A DNA stretch of 63,614 nucleotides, filler included. It is 17 parts of 17 records of this genome, joined end to end, with 100 filler letters (N's around TTAATTAATTAA, not from the genome) between each part and the next. Parts side by side here need not be neighbours in the genome. Positions count along the whole stretch, not along the records: positions 10,137 to 14,297 come from SRR9188676_985; positions 14,398 to 17,845 come from SRR9188676_998; positions 17,946 to 20,725 come from SRR9188676_1009; positions 20,826 to 23,970 come from SRR9188676_1022; positions 24,071 to 28,618 come from SRR9188676_1033; 12 more parts are not named here. One strand, given 5' to 3'. The notes beneath the pieces were generated by a model. The model did not search any database and was not told the origin of the DNA. It worked only from the letters and a program-made list of their open reading frames with translations. The translations under genes were made by a program, and so were the position numbers. Shown here piece by piece: positions 12,242 to 24,302 of this stretch. Each line of letters begins with the position of its first letter. Positions within the stretch are counted from its first letter, which is position 1.

Positions 12242-13912
12242 ATGGCGACTTTGCTTCGTAATAACTTGAACCCCCGTGTTCTTGCTGCCGAATATGCAGT
12301 CCGAGGCGAACTTGTGCTCCGTGCCATGCAATACCGAGAGAAGCTTAAACAAGGATTCAAGCTTCCTTTCACTGAAATCGTGGCATGCAACATTGGCAAT
12401 CCACACTCATTGAATCAAATGCCCATCACCTACATCCGTCAAGTTCTCTCCTGCGTAGTGAACCCTTCATTGATCGGCCATCCTGAATCAAAGAAGCTAT
12501 TCCCTCAAGATGCCTTGAACCGTGCCCAGAAGTACCTGTGTAGCATCCCAGGTGGTCTCGGTGCTTACAGTGAAAGCCAAGGTCTTGATGTTGTTCGAGA
12601 TGTCAGTCTCTCGGTTTTTATGCAAAACATTGCATTCTCCCTCATTTTTTTCGCTCCGTCTTCTCAAACTCTCTTCCTCGACTTCCCAGGAGGTTGCTGC
12701 ATTCATTCAAAATCGAGATGGATACCCAAGCTCTCGCGACAGCATCTTTATCTCAGGTCTCTCACTCTTACTGCTGATTCATAAGTATTCACTTCTTCTC
12801 ATACCTCCGAATTCATCTCTTCAGACGGTGCCTCCCCTGCGGTGCAACGTGCCATCAAGCTGTTGATCCGTGACTCCTCCGATGGCATTTTGATCCCTCT
12901 TCCCCAATATCCTCTTTATTCCGCGACTCTCTCTGTGCAAGGCGGTTCTCCCATTGGATACTATCTCGACGAAGAGAACGACTGGAGTTTGTCTATTGCT
13001 GAACTGACTCGGTCTATCACTGAGGCTCGGAAGCGAGGTGTCCACCCCCGTGCTTTGGTGGTTATTAACCCTGGTAAGTCTCGGAGTGGGGAACTGGAAG
13101 ATACACCTCTCTATCTCAGACTTTGTGGTCGAATTGAGTCCAGGTCAAAAATTTACCCTGCTTTTTTGCTTGCCATAATTTCGCTGAAAGGGTCCCATTT
13201 TGCGGAAATACCAATTTCATGCTTTTCAAAAGGCATGACATCATTGTACAAAAATATCAACATTTATGTCCATCTGCACCGGTTGAATCATGCGTCACAT
13301 CAGTAATGATCGAGCTATTTATAAGGCATTCCAATTGAGAAAAAATTGATCTTCACTAAACTCTATGATTCGACCTTTATTTCAATCAACATGTCGAAGG
13401 CTCACCTTGAGTCATTACCGGGCTCTCAAACTTCAATTCACCCCTGAGTTGGTCATATTGGGGGTGAGCCCCGTGAGACCGTGTTGTTTCTGTGCTGTAC
13501 ATCATGCTGACGCGCTAGACACTTGTATCGCCTATATGTGTGCTCTTTTGGACCCCTCATCATCTCTGCTCTTCCTTCCTCCGATCATGTTTTTCGATTT
13601 CATCCCCAACCGCCCATGACGCATCCACACCGCCGCAATTGAGTTTTCAATAATCGAAATCGCATTACTTCCGATTCATTGGAATCCTTTTTCTGTATGG
13701 TTGTATTGGTGTGTTTGTTTTCATTTGTTATATGTACTATTCATCGACTTTACCTGAGCGATTTGAATTTGCGACACGTGATTGACATGCTGATGTGATT
13801 TATAATGTGATGTGCACAGGCAACCCGACTGGGCAGTGCCTGTCCGAGAGTGCCATGCGTGACATCATTGACTTCTGCCATCGCCAGAAGGTCGTGCTGT
13901 TGGCTGATGAAG
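12242..13912 (+). CDS. GPT: Alanine aminotransferase (class I PLP-dependent), 3' partial
   Basis: Exons 12242-12601, 12690-12756, 12825-13073, 13820-13912 join in frame. Motifs EYAVRGE, CNIGNP, GAYSESQG, DGASPAV, PQYPLYSA, VINPGNPTGQ and LLADE. Confidence 0.95.
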
Positions 13913-15082
13913 GTAAGCATTCCTCTGCTGTGGTGGTGTGGGGCGCAACGGACCCATGTGCCTGAGGGAGAAGAATGAAGAAACCAATGTGGGTGGTGGG
14001 TCGGTGATCCAGCGCAGCAGGGGGAGGAGTGGGAGGTGCACTGTAGAACAAGAATTCCATTCCATCCGTTTCGACTCGTCGGAATCCATCGAAGATGACA
14101 CTGTCATCAATTCTTTCCGGAACTATCGAAAATACGTGCATAGGCTGCATATCGAAAGGAGTGCTCCTAAGAGTGGTGGAAGAGTAGTATTTGATTGAGG
14201 TCTTGCTTGTCCAATGAGGCTAGGTTTGGGAGGATACTTTCCCGCCAAGTTATCAACTTGTTTCCATTCTCTCTCTCTCCCTCACACACACACACACNNN
14301 NNNNNNNNNNNNNNNNNNNNNNNNNNNNNNNNNNNNNNNNNTTAATTAATTAANNNNNNNNNNNNNNNNNNNNNNNNNNNNNNNNNNNNNNNNNNNNAAA
14401 AAAAAATCGAAATGTAAAATGTCCATGGACATAATATGGGGGGGATTTTCCTGAACCCCCCAAATATTTTTTTCGATTTTATAGATGTAAATTTCCGAGG
14501 AATTTTCAGAGGCAAAAGAAAAGAAGAGATTTACAGAGACGACCCTTCATCTCATGAAAGTCAGTAAACCTTGATGAAAATCACCACAATAACCAGTCAT
14601 CAACAGACATTGATAGTGATTGATAGCGACATAAGTCATACTCGATCTCACAACCTCACTACAGGCAGTTATCATGATACAAGCGATACAACCATTTCTG
14701 CATTGTTGAGATGAACTGAAACTCAATAATTACGAATGCCTGGTGTGAATAATCTCAATAAGAAGAAAGAAGTCGGCGACGACTGGACACTCATAAACGA
14801 CAACAACCAGCATGATCATCATCAAGGAGATATCAGCATCAGCATTATCCCCCACCTCCCCACTCCCCGGAAATCGCTGTCAAAATCATTTACAACCGTG
14901 TATGGAGCGTTGAGAGGTGCTGTCTCTCATATGACACCAAATGACGACCAAATTCACCAAAAATGTTGCAGGCATGCCAACTGTCAGGGTCAGGCGAAAG
15001 TCAGATGATGCATTTTTAGATTTATAAGGGAGATGGGAAGATGGGAATGGTAGGAGCGGGGGGGGGGAAGGGAGGTGCGTAC

Positions 15083-16326
15083 CAGGGTCGCCCTCCTTGG
15101 CCAATGGCGCGCCGAGCTCATAAGGCTCTTCGGCAGTGGGGGGGGCGGTTTCAGTGCCTGTGTCGTCTGTAGAGAAATAAAAAATGTTTATGAATGAGAA
15201 AGCAGTCTTTAGATGATTGGAAAGATGATTGGAAAGAGGAATTAGGTCTGGAAAATCTGATACAAGTCCTTGGGGAGAACGTCTTGATCTCTATCCCATA
15301 GGATCATTTCCAGCGCTGTGGCCGTTTTGCAATTAGCTCGGGACCATTTTACAATTTGTTTTTCCCTGACCAATTGTATTTGAATCGTTTTCGTCATTTG
15401 TTTATTCCGCTTGATGCTTGATAGAGGAGCGTCAAGATGTATGCCATGTGATATTGATAATAATACAAGGTCAGACATCACGATGAAAGGAGATAATGTT
15501 GAACCAAGCGTAAATTTGTTCCTTCAATACCTTGTTGAATCGAATTGATGGGGAGCGGAGGGACTTTTGGGCGGGCACGAGATTCCTCTTTCTCAGCGGG
15601 CTGACGCATGTTTCTGTCAACATCCTCTTGACTAGATGAAGAGTACTTTTCATTTGGTTTTGATGATTTGGAGTCGTCTTTCCTCTTCGAATGCTTTCGA
15701 TGGTTTTGTCCTGAGTCAGAGCTGCTGTCAGCAGATTCTGATTCTGATTCGCTCGATGAGTCCTGGCGGTGTTTAGAACTTTTTTTGGATTTCGATTTTG
15801 ATTTTGATTTTGATTTAGACTGCTGGTGACTTTCTTCATCGGAACTATGATCCGATCGCATAGAAGTCCGAGAAACAGGGCGAGGAGGTTGTCTAGGATC
15901 TGTGTCTTGATTGAGTGGTGGCGCAATTAGATCAGGTCGTGATGGAGGAGATTGAGGAGGGGAAGGAACAAGCTTGGCAGAACCCTGGCTGGGTGGCAAT
16001 GGACTGGCTTTGGGAGGGCCCCAATTACCTCTACCGTATTGCTCATCTAATCGTCTAACAACTTCATCAAAGGATTGGAAAACCACTCCTTCGGGTGAAA
16101 CATATCTCTACACAGAGAACAAAAAGTACAACAACAGAATAACAGTAAGGATTGAGGCGTTCTGCACATAATATATAAGCATCTCCGGGAACATGAGCAG
16201 ACAACATGTGCGAAATCGCAGATTTTGAGGGCATAATCAGTAGAATGGATGTACCTTGAATATTACGCCTCCTACTTTATCAGTTTGGATCTTCCAATCC
16301 GCAGGAAGCGGATTATTGCTACTCAT
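15083..16326 (-). CDS. Protein with N-terminal MBD-like domain followed by S/K/D-rich low complexity, 3' partial
   Basis: Exon 16326-16255 joined to an exon starting 16107 gives MSSNNPLPADWKIQTDKVGGVIFK|RYVSPEGVVFQSFDEVVRRL, matching the MBD pattern LPxxW...YxSPxGxxFxSxxEV. Confidence 0.55.
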
Positions 16327-16717
16327 TTAGGCGTTGAACTCGGAAATTTTCGAAATGTTACTATTCTTGAATCCTACGCAAGGAGGGGGGTAGTAGTGAC
16401 GGATCTCACTCCAAAGATTATGGATCTACCGTACCCGGCCCTAGATCTAACGGAAAACCAAGGCAAAACACCCCAGATTCGTCTTTTCCTTGCTTGCTGA
16501 GTCGCTGACAGCCTTGCAATTTCACTTATAAGTCTGTTATATTATGTTCCAGCGGTAGTACTAGAAGGTATACTGCACAACTAATCCGCTAATGATCCTC
16601 AACGATCTTGTTGATTGTTTCGCATCATTACATATTTCCCTTTATCCTTGAGGCCGTCGATTCTCGAGCAGCAAAACTCTACGATACTTGCTCTATTGCT
16701 AATATATATGCGTTTAG

Positions 16718-17693
16718 GTTTCGATGCAGGATTCCGGAGCTATCGATGCCTTTGTTCGGCAGGTTCTTGCGCCGTCCATTCGAGAGTCTACCCTCGGGCC
16801 TGATCCCACTCTGAAAGGAAAACATTTCCTTTTATCTGATGATGGGGCTGGTGGTGTAGCATGTTGCTCGATAAGGTAACGATCTGACCTCAATGTAGCT
16901 CACATATCAGGTTTGATCTCCATGGATTCTATTCATGTCCAGCCATTTCTTTTGAGAGATTTAACTCGATTTTTGCACTCTTATATACCGCAATTACTCT
17001 GCAATCGAATATTATTATCCCATCCTACTCTGAAATAATCCAGATGACTTGCCATTTTGCTGAATCTGATACTTTAAATAGAACAAATTGGTCTTGATAT
17101 TTGGTGACGTTCTGTTTCCACGGATTATACTATTTTGAGCGTTGTAATTTCTATTATGACACCTGTATATTTCAATCTCTGATCGTCAATATCAATAAAT
17201 CATTCAGTCATGCTCCCAACCAGGTAAATTCTTCATAATACGTCGATCCAACAGTCTCATCATGAACTGCAAGACATTAACTTCAATTACGATATTATAC
17301 TTCTTTTATTTCCTTTTATTCTCACCATGGTTCATTCTTGCTCTCTATATCATCTCGTGCTCTCTCTACTTCCTCCCTTCTCTCCTTTTCCATTGCTGAT
17401 ATACCACTCTGGATCCCTCTTTCTCTTTCTTTACTTCACAGTACTGAAGATGTTCTAGCTGGCATCCGAGGTCCGACGGACGGACACCCTGTGCCCTTAC
17501 CACCCCCATTACGCCACCAAATTGCACAAACGTTTCTTGCACTTACGCGCGACCACCCCCCTAGCCGCGAGCCCCTGCTCGAGGACAACGTGCTTGATGC
17601 ACTGCACTCCCTCATGGTCCCGAAAGAAGACTACCCTGCGAGTGTTTATACCGCTCTATCACTGATTATGACTCTTCTTCTGGCCCACCCAAG
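16718..17693 (+). CDS. Fragments of an uncharacterised helical-repeat-like protein
   Basis: AG/GT-bounded open segments at about 16718-16875 and 17442-17693. The second is Leu-rich and ARM-like (LRHQIAQTFLALTRDH...VLDALHSLM). Start not resolved. Confidence 0.3.
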
Positions 17694-18118
17694 GTACGAT
17701 AATTATTCACGCTAACCCTTGTTGTTATCATTCTATTTATGCCTGAGGCTGTATCACTTTACGCGATAAAAATAAAAATAAATCAAGCATCCTTTGGAAA
17801 ATTTTCCCTAAAGGATTTTTTTTATCGCAACCTCTGATTTTTTCCNNNNNNNNNNNNNNNNNNNNNNNNNNNNNNNNNNNNNNNNNNNNTTAATTAATTA
17901 ANNNNNNNNNNNNNNNNNNNNNNNNNNNNNNNNNNNNNNNNNNNNTTCCTCGGAATTTTCAGAGTCAAAACAAAGTGCTATAAAATGACTGACGATTGAC
18001 TCGGTCCGGACTCTACTCGAAAACCTTACCTAAGACCAACAATGATCACATAACTGGGTATCTGTAGCGTGGGGAGTTTCAGTGAGTGAGATGTTGGCAC
18101 CAGAGAATAGCATCGTAC

Positions 18119-20705
18119 CTTCGAGGTGAAATGCATCCAAACGAAAGAAATGGAGCCAGATTGGAAGTACGTGAGCGTGCCACCTGTTCATGCCCGAGCT
18201 CGTGCCGGTGGTGTGCATAGTCCTGCGTCAGCACAAGCCATGAACAATGAGACAGAGATGATAAGAGAAAAGATCGACACCATGCACAACAATGAGGGCA
18301 AACTCAAAAGTCAAACGGGTGCGTTGACAAACCTTCAGGTGGTCTTGGGCCCAGACATAGTCCTTGAGCCTGCGTAGTGCCTCCGTCTCGCCGCCGACGA
18401 TTCGTGTGGGCTCGGCCACGCTGGGTGCAGACTCCGGAGTAGGCACAGTGACTGGATTGATGAGCTGTCCGATCTCGCTGGCTTTGAATCGGCCAGTGTC
18501 CAGCGCACTGCGATGGGTGAATGTGTCCGTGGAGCCGCCGTCCTTCGCGCGGGACGTCCCGATTTGATTTGATTGGGGGACTGCAGTCGAGGGTGGGGTA
18601 TTGTGGAGAAGCTGAAGCGCAAGGGATGGAATGGCCGACGAGGCAACAGAGTCATTATCAGAATACACAGACAGATGGTCATGGAGATCATCATCCGCAT
18701 TGGAACTTTGGTCGGGCTCGATGTATATACTATCGGAATCATGCATGTCAGAATACAGATCGGAGTCCCGAGTTTGTGATCCAGATTCGTCGAGACCGTA
18801 ATATAGGCCGAGAGTTTCATCTATCAAGGGGGACTGCATCGGCGGCTGAGACTGCGATTGAGTTGCGATAATACGAGCCTGATCAATATTTTTGGCCAGT
18901 TTAGCACGCACGGGTGTGGAGGGCAGTGAGCGAGGCACATATGGTGGTGTACTCGAGGGGTTGCTGCTCGTCGCAGCTTTGGACTTGGACAATGATGAGG
19001 GTGTCATAGACCGCGGCTTGCCTCGCTTCTTATTCATTGGCCCGGCAGATGTTGGACGGGAAATGTCCGGGGTGATCGACTTGGACGGTGGCGACCACGG
19101 TCTAGCTATCGTGATTGCGTCTAGTTTCTTCAATAATGTCTCAGGATCCTCCCTGAGATTCGTTTCTAAAGGTAAGGAAGCATAGCTTCTCTGAGAGCTG
19201 GGGTCGCTGGGTTGAGCTGAAGTGGAACCGGCGGATGGATCACGAGAAGACTTTGTCCGGCTGCTGCGGTTCAGGTTCATGGAGGCTGGAGTGCCACTGT
19301 CCTTGTGGGTATCGGACTGACTATCTCGAACTGGGTGGAGTTCAATCGCCTCAAGCACCATTTCGGGCTGCTTGGTGACGTACAACAGTCCATCAAGCCC
19401 GTTCATCACAGTGTGTTGAAGCCATTCGGATGGGTCCGAGGGTCCAGGCGATGAGGCATTCGCAGAGAGTGCTCGAGACCTAGCGGGCCCAGCACTGCCT
19501 GGTTTCTTGCTTGGGTTTGCGCTACGTTGATTGAGCTTCTGTTGTTGGACTGAATCGAGGCCAATTTCTGCAAACGCCTGGCTGAGAGACTTTTTGGAAG
19601 GCTCAGAGCTTGGATTCGAATGTTTTTGCCGAATGTACCCTTTCTCGACTAAGTTGGAAGCCGGTCGTTTCTTTTTCTTTTTTCTGAGAATTTCTCTGTC
19701 CAAGTCCTGTAATACAGTCTGAGTGAACTCGGCGCTCCAATTAGCGGGAGCTCCATGCCCATCCACCCAGGTGCGAAATTTTTGTCCAACAATACCATCA
19801 TTATGTACGGCAAATAGGATGGCATTCAGGTGTGGAAATCGCTTCAACGGCTCAAGCTCTGGGTCATCGAGAATGGAAGATAAAGATGTGGGCAGCGACC
19901 GTGATAGGGGATTGGATGATTTCGGTCGCTTCAAATGTTTGGAATTCTTGTTATTCGGAGCACGAGCAAGGTCAAGAGTAATAGGCACTGGTGTTGTGAA
20001 GTCATTGGGAGCTGTTGATGCAGTGTGAGACGAAGCGGAAGAAGGTATCGCGGCTGCAGACTTGGGGCGTAGCGCTATGCGTGTAGGACGAGTCTTACTG
20101 AGTGTAGGTGTCACGGGACTTGCCGTATTGGGAGTCAGAGAATCCGATTGTGATTGTGATAAGATTGGGTGATTAGATTGGGTGATGTTGGCTGCGGAAG
20201 GCGCATCGACAGCAGGGATGACAGACAGGCGGATACGCGAAGGCGGTGCAGAGTGCACTCGGGGACCAACAGGCACGGTATGAATGGTGTCTGCAAAGAA
20301 GAAGAAGAAAAAAAAATGCAGAGAAACAGGAGCGATCAGACTTCGTATTCAGCTGCAGTTTAGCCGAGGACACAGTTTATGGCCTCTATGTAATCATTGA
20401 TGCGAGAATGGAAAAGATTCATACCGCGGACGAAAGTTGGTGCATATTCAAGTGTCCAATCTTGTAAAGAGGATATCTGAGCAGAGGAGAAGCCCAAATC
20501 CTTCAGCGTGGGGAAATATGAAAAATCGTCTTGAAGGAAAGGGAGTTTTGGAGTCAAGGTTGGTGGTACAGGTGGCAATTTCGATGGCGGTTTCAACAGC
20601 GGTCGCACTTGGCATTGTGAATCGATGAAGTTTTCGAATTCAGCAAAGCATTCCGGTAGATCCTGCAAGAGTGAAGCCAAAGATGGACATTCGTCGTGGA
20701 TCAGA
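18119..20705 (-). CDS. Cryptochrome-DASH / DNA photolyase family protein with a very large linker insertion, partial at both ends
   Basis: Exons 20705-20425, 20290-18333 and 18222-18119 join in frame. Motifs LIH...DLPECFAEFENFID...VRP...PSKLPPVP...FPTLKDLG, then GGETEALRRLKDYVWAQDHLK|DY...TSNLAPFLSFGCISPR. Confidence 0.8.
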
Positions 20706-21572
20706 CTACAACAAAATGAAATGTTNNNNNNNNNNNNNNNNNNNNNNNNNNNNNNNNNNNNNNNNNNNNTTAATTAATTAANNNNNNNNNNNNNNNNNNN
20801 NNNNNNNNNNNNNNNNNNNNNNNNNAGAAAGGAAAGGAAAGAAAGGAAAGGAAAGGAGAAAATACGAACAGAATCACCCAATATTCAGAATCAAGCAGTG
20901 GAGAGAAGTCAAGTCAGAGGAGGGCAATATGAGGGGGAAAATTTTCAGAAAATCTTTCCAATGAAGCAAGACAATTTCGAGGAATGATCATTTCTTTCTT
21001 TTTTCCCCAAATGATGCTAAGTGCTGGATATGTTGTTGATGAGTGATGAAGGAAGGCTCTGAGATAAACATACCCGTTGAAGTGTGAATATCATGCTCAG
21101 ACTTGTCGCTATCGCAAAGACAATCAATACACTGCAGAAGAGGGAAAGCAAGAGTCAGGAGAATATTTGAGTGAGGAGATTTCGGGGAAAATAAGAATCT
21201 TCCGTTTATTTTTTAAACAACATCCTATCATTGTAATAAATTGGTTTTCGCACGGATAACTCGGAAAGTCACTCTCTTGACTCCTGACCCACTTTCGTGG
21301 ACCCAGTTCACACGATCCACGATCCGTGCAGAAATTTATGGATAAAACTGAATAGTGGCGACAGAGAATAAAGCGTTCAAGTTCAAATGATTAAGCAGAT
21401 TTGCAATCCACACTAGAGATCCGTTATACCGTTCTCTTTGTTCGAAGACATCAACAATATCATATGACCACGATATTGTAGAACATCTTTAAGAAAAAGT
21501 AGATTTTAAAAAGAATACCAAAATGCTCCTTCTCAAGCGATTTCGACCCCTTGGGCAAAAGGAATTACGTAC

Positions 21573-22270
21573 ACTGCCTCCGCGCGTTTGATGTTGTGAA
21601 TCGGAAAATAGATGAGGGGCAATACAATCAGCCTGAGGGATTATCAAAGTGAGAATCAAAGTTGTTTTAAACGAGGATGAAGGATATGTTCATACACCCA
21701 GATCATGCACAATATCGTCACAAACGAGAGATACTGCACCCATGAGGAGCTTGAGCAGAACAGATGAGAGCGACAAACAGGAGTGTAGCCAAATCGGACT
21801 GAGGCAAACATAAAGAATATGAGAATCACAGTTTAGATTGAATCAACAAGCAAGGCAGGAATGAAGACGAATAACATACTCAAGTAGAGTGTGCGGCAGA
21901 TTTCACAGGTTAAATGTTCTTGGGGATCGACTCCATCACGAAGGACTCGTATTTGTCTACATATAGGTTATATTTAAGATATATAATTAATGATTCATGA
22001 GCGGTATGAAGGATACCTCGCTTTAATCCAATCCGCAAGGCATTCAAGGTGCACAAGAGAGGTGCAACTGCACACTTGATAAAGTCCTTCGTAGCCATCT
22101 TCAAAAGCAGGTTGCCGACAAATACGACACTCGATTTCATCAACACTGCAATAATGTTTTCCTCCAATGAATAAACTAGGATTTGCCTGTGACGCACAGT
22201 AACCGCACCTCCTTGTATCACTATTGTCTGGGCCTCGAGTGCCAAGCTCAAGATCTAACTTTTCTGACAT
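21573..22270 (-). CDS. RING-CH (RINGv / MARCH-type) membrane E3 ubiquitin ligase, 3' end unresolved
   Basis: CRIC...CSCTSLVHLECLADWI, then a spliced CEIC completes a C4HC3 finger. Later exons encode a hydrophobic helix (YLSFVTILCMIWVLIVLPLIYF). Confidence 0.8.
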
Positions 22271-22525
22271 TCAATGAAACTATCTGATGTCTTGATTCGA
22301 GAAGGGAAAGGTGATATGAGAGAGACGCTTTTCTTTTTGTTTCTTTTTCACCTTTTTCAGACAGGTCATGTGAAGAGGCGGTTTCGTCATGTCAGAGCCG
22401 GCGTTCATGCGCGATGACGTGACCGTCTTTATTTTATACGGGGGTAAATAGATTAACTTCAACAAGAGGATAAGAGGCATCTACCCTCTAGGAGACCATA
22501 TACACGAAAATCTGATTTGCACAAA

Positions 22526-23675
22526 ATGTCGAATGCTCGCTTGTTGAGACTCACTGTGAGGCAGATCTTCTCATCATTTTCCAAGAGAACCGTCTACACA
22601 TGGGGCGCAAATGAAGCTGGCCAGCTCGGAATTCCGATCGAGCAAAAAACAGTTGCCACTCCGCGCCTTGTTCCTGCATTACTTCAACATGATGTCGTCC
22701 AGGTCCTCCTCCTTCCGCTTTCTCTTCGGAGCTCTGGAATTTGTCTTATCTCATGCATATAGTACAGGTTGCATGTGGTGCTCGTCATTCAGCTTTTGTC
22801 ACTGAGGAAGGCGACCTGTACATATCTGGCTTAGGAATGAACAATACCCCACAGCTCGTTCGAGAACTTCAAGGCTCGGTCACGCACGTTTCCTGTGGCA
22901 GTGATTTCACGGTTGCAGTGTGCAAGGATGGTGATGTTTTCGCCTTTGGAGCGGGCAGTGAAGGACAGTTAGGTAAAGATCCGAGCACCCTTGAAAAGTA
23001 AGTCCATGCTTCTGGTTCTCTTTGGAATTTTAGGGCCTTTCGCTCTCACCTTTCTTGAGAATAACATTTAAAACAATGCATTTGGGAACGTTTGACCCTA
23101 TCTGTTTGAGACTATTTGGTTCTTCATTATCGAATACCTTCTTCATCCTGCTTCTCGATTGACCAGAAAAAGATTAAGGACCGCGCTCGGCTAATTGTCA
23201 GGGAAAATGAAAAATGTTGACTATTCAGTTTGAATATTGCAACGCAATATCCTAGGTTGCAAGTCTTCGCGAATCGAAACCTTTGCAATCCAAATGACAT
23301 CGTTCTTGTGTTGCTGACGGGTGTGCATTGAATTGATGTTTTTGAACGTTAGACCCATAATGAGCTGATTTATCTAGTTGTGTTATTGGACATGAGCTTA
23401 TTGATTTATTTAGCCACCTACTTGTGTTTCAAGCTCGGATAATGTTCATTTATGACATATTTATGTATGTATGTATTTATTTATTTATTGATCTATTTGT
23501 GTGTGTGTGTATTTGTGTTTTCCGGTAGCGGAAAGTGGGAGATGACCCCAAGCGCAGTCAAGGGACTGTCATCTGCGGGCGTGGTGAAAGTGGCATGCGG
23601 CAACAGGCATAGCATCGCCCTCACTAAGGACGGCAGGCTATACTCATGGGGCACCTCTACAAAGCATGTACTCGG
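22526..23675 (+). CDS. RCC1-repeat (beta-propeller) protein with possible mitochondrial presequence, 3' partial
   Basis: Exons 22526-22702, 22768-22997, 23529-23675. Repeats VYTWGANEAGQLG, VACGARHS, VSCGSDFT, VFAFGAGSEGQLG, VACGNRHS and LYSWG. N-terminus is Arg/Ser/Leu-rich with no acidic residues. Confidence 0.9.
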
Positions 23676-23914
23676 GTACGAATCTTCCTGTTTTAATAAC
23701 CTTTGTTATATACCTTGGGCTGGTACTCATGGGGAACTTCTACGAAGCATGTACTCGGGTACGAATCTTAGACCCGGTTCAGTTTTAATACCCTTTGTTA
23801 TATACCTTTAGGATTGCTGGTTTAACCCGCTAATAAACCCCTCATAATACCTTGAGATGGCATGATATGATCATGGGGCACCTCTACAAAGCCTATATGT
23901 ACTCGGCTACAAAG
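23641..23914 (+). repeat. Imperfect tandem copies of the RCC1 exon end plus 5' splice site
   Basis: TACTCATGGGG(C/A)AC(C/T)TCTAC(A/G)AAGCATGTACTCGGGTACGAATCTT at 23641 and 23724 (period 83), with a degenerate third copy at about 23871. Confidence 0.9.
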
Positions 23915-23930
23915 AATGTGTCGTGTCGTA

Positions 23931-23960
23931 CTTTATTTTGACTCTGAAAATTCCAAGGAA
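23931..23960 (+). repeat. Dispersed ~30-bp repeat motif found at contig ends
   Basis: TTTATTTTGACTCTGAAAATT(CC) at 10137 and 23932 on +. Reverse-complement copies at 17946-17979 and 28528-28555, and a degenerate one at 14493-14517. Confidence 0.8.
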
Positions 23961-24302
23961 ATGATCAAAANNNNNNNNNNNNNNNNNNNNNNNNNNNNNN
24001 NNNNNNNNNNNNNNTTAATTAATTAANNNNNNNNNNNNNNNNNNNNNNNNNNNNNNNNNNNNNNNNNNNNAATGTGGATAGGATATCCAGAACATATATA
24101 AATAAATAAGCTCATCATATATGCATAATAAAGCTACAGAATATCTAGAACATGAATTCATACCATTTATCCTCACACAGCTACCACCAGACTAGTATTT
24201 GAGAATTGACAATGCGATGCGCGGGTGTAGCTGTATATGAGTTGTTGATGACGATCCACTGATGGGCGAGGTGGTGGGTGACGCATGCCACTGTGTGAGT
24301 AC

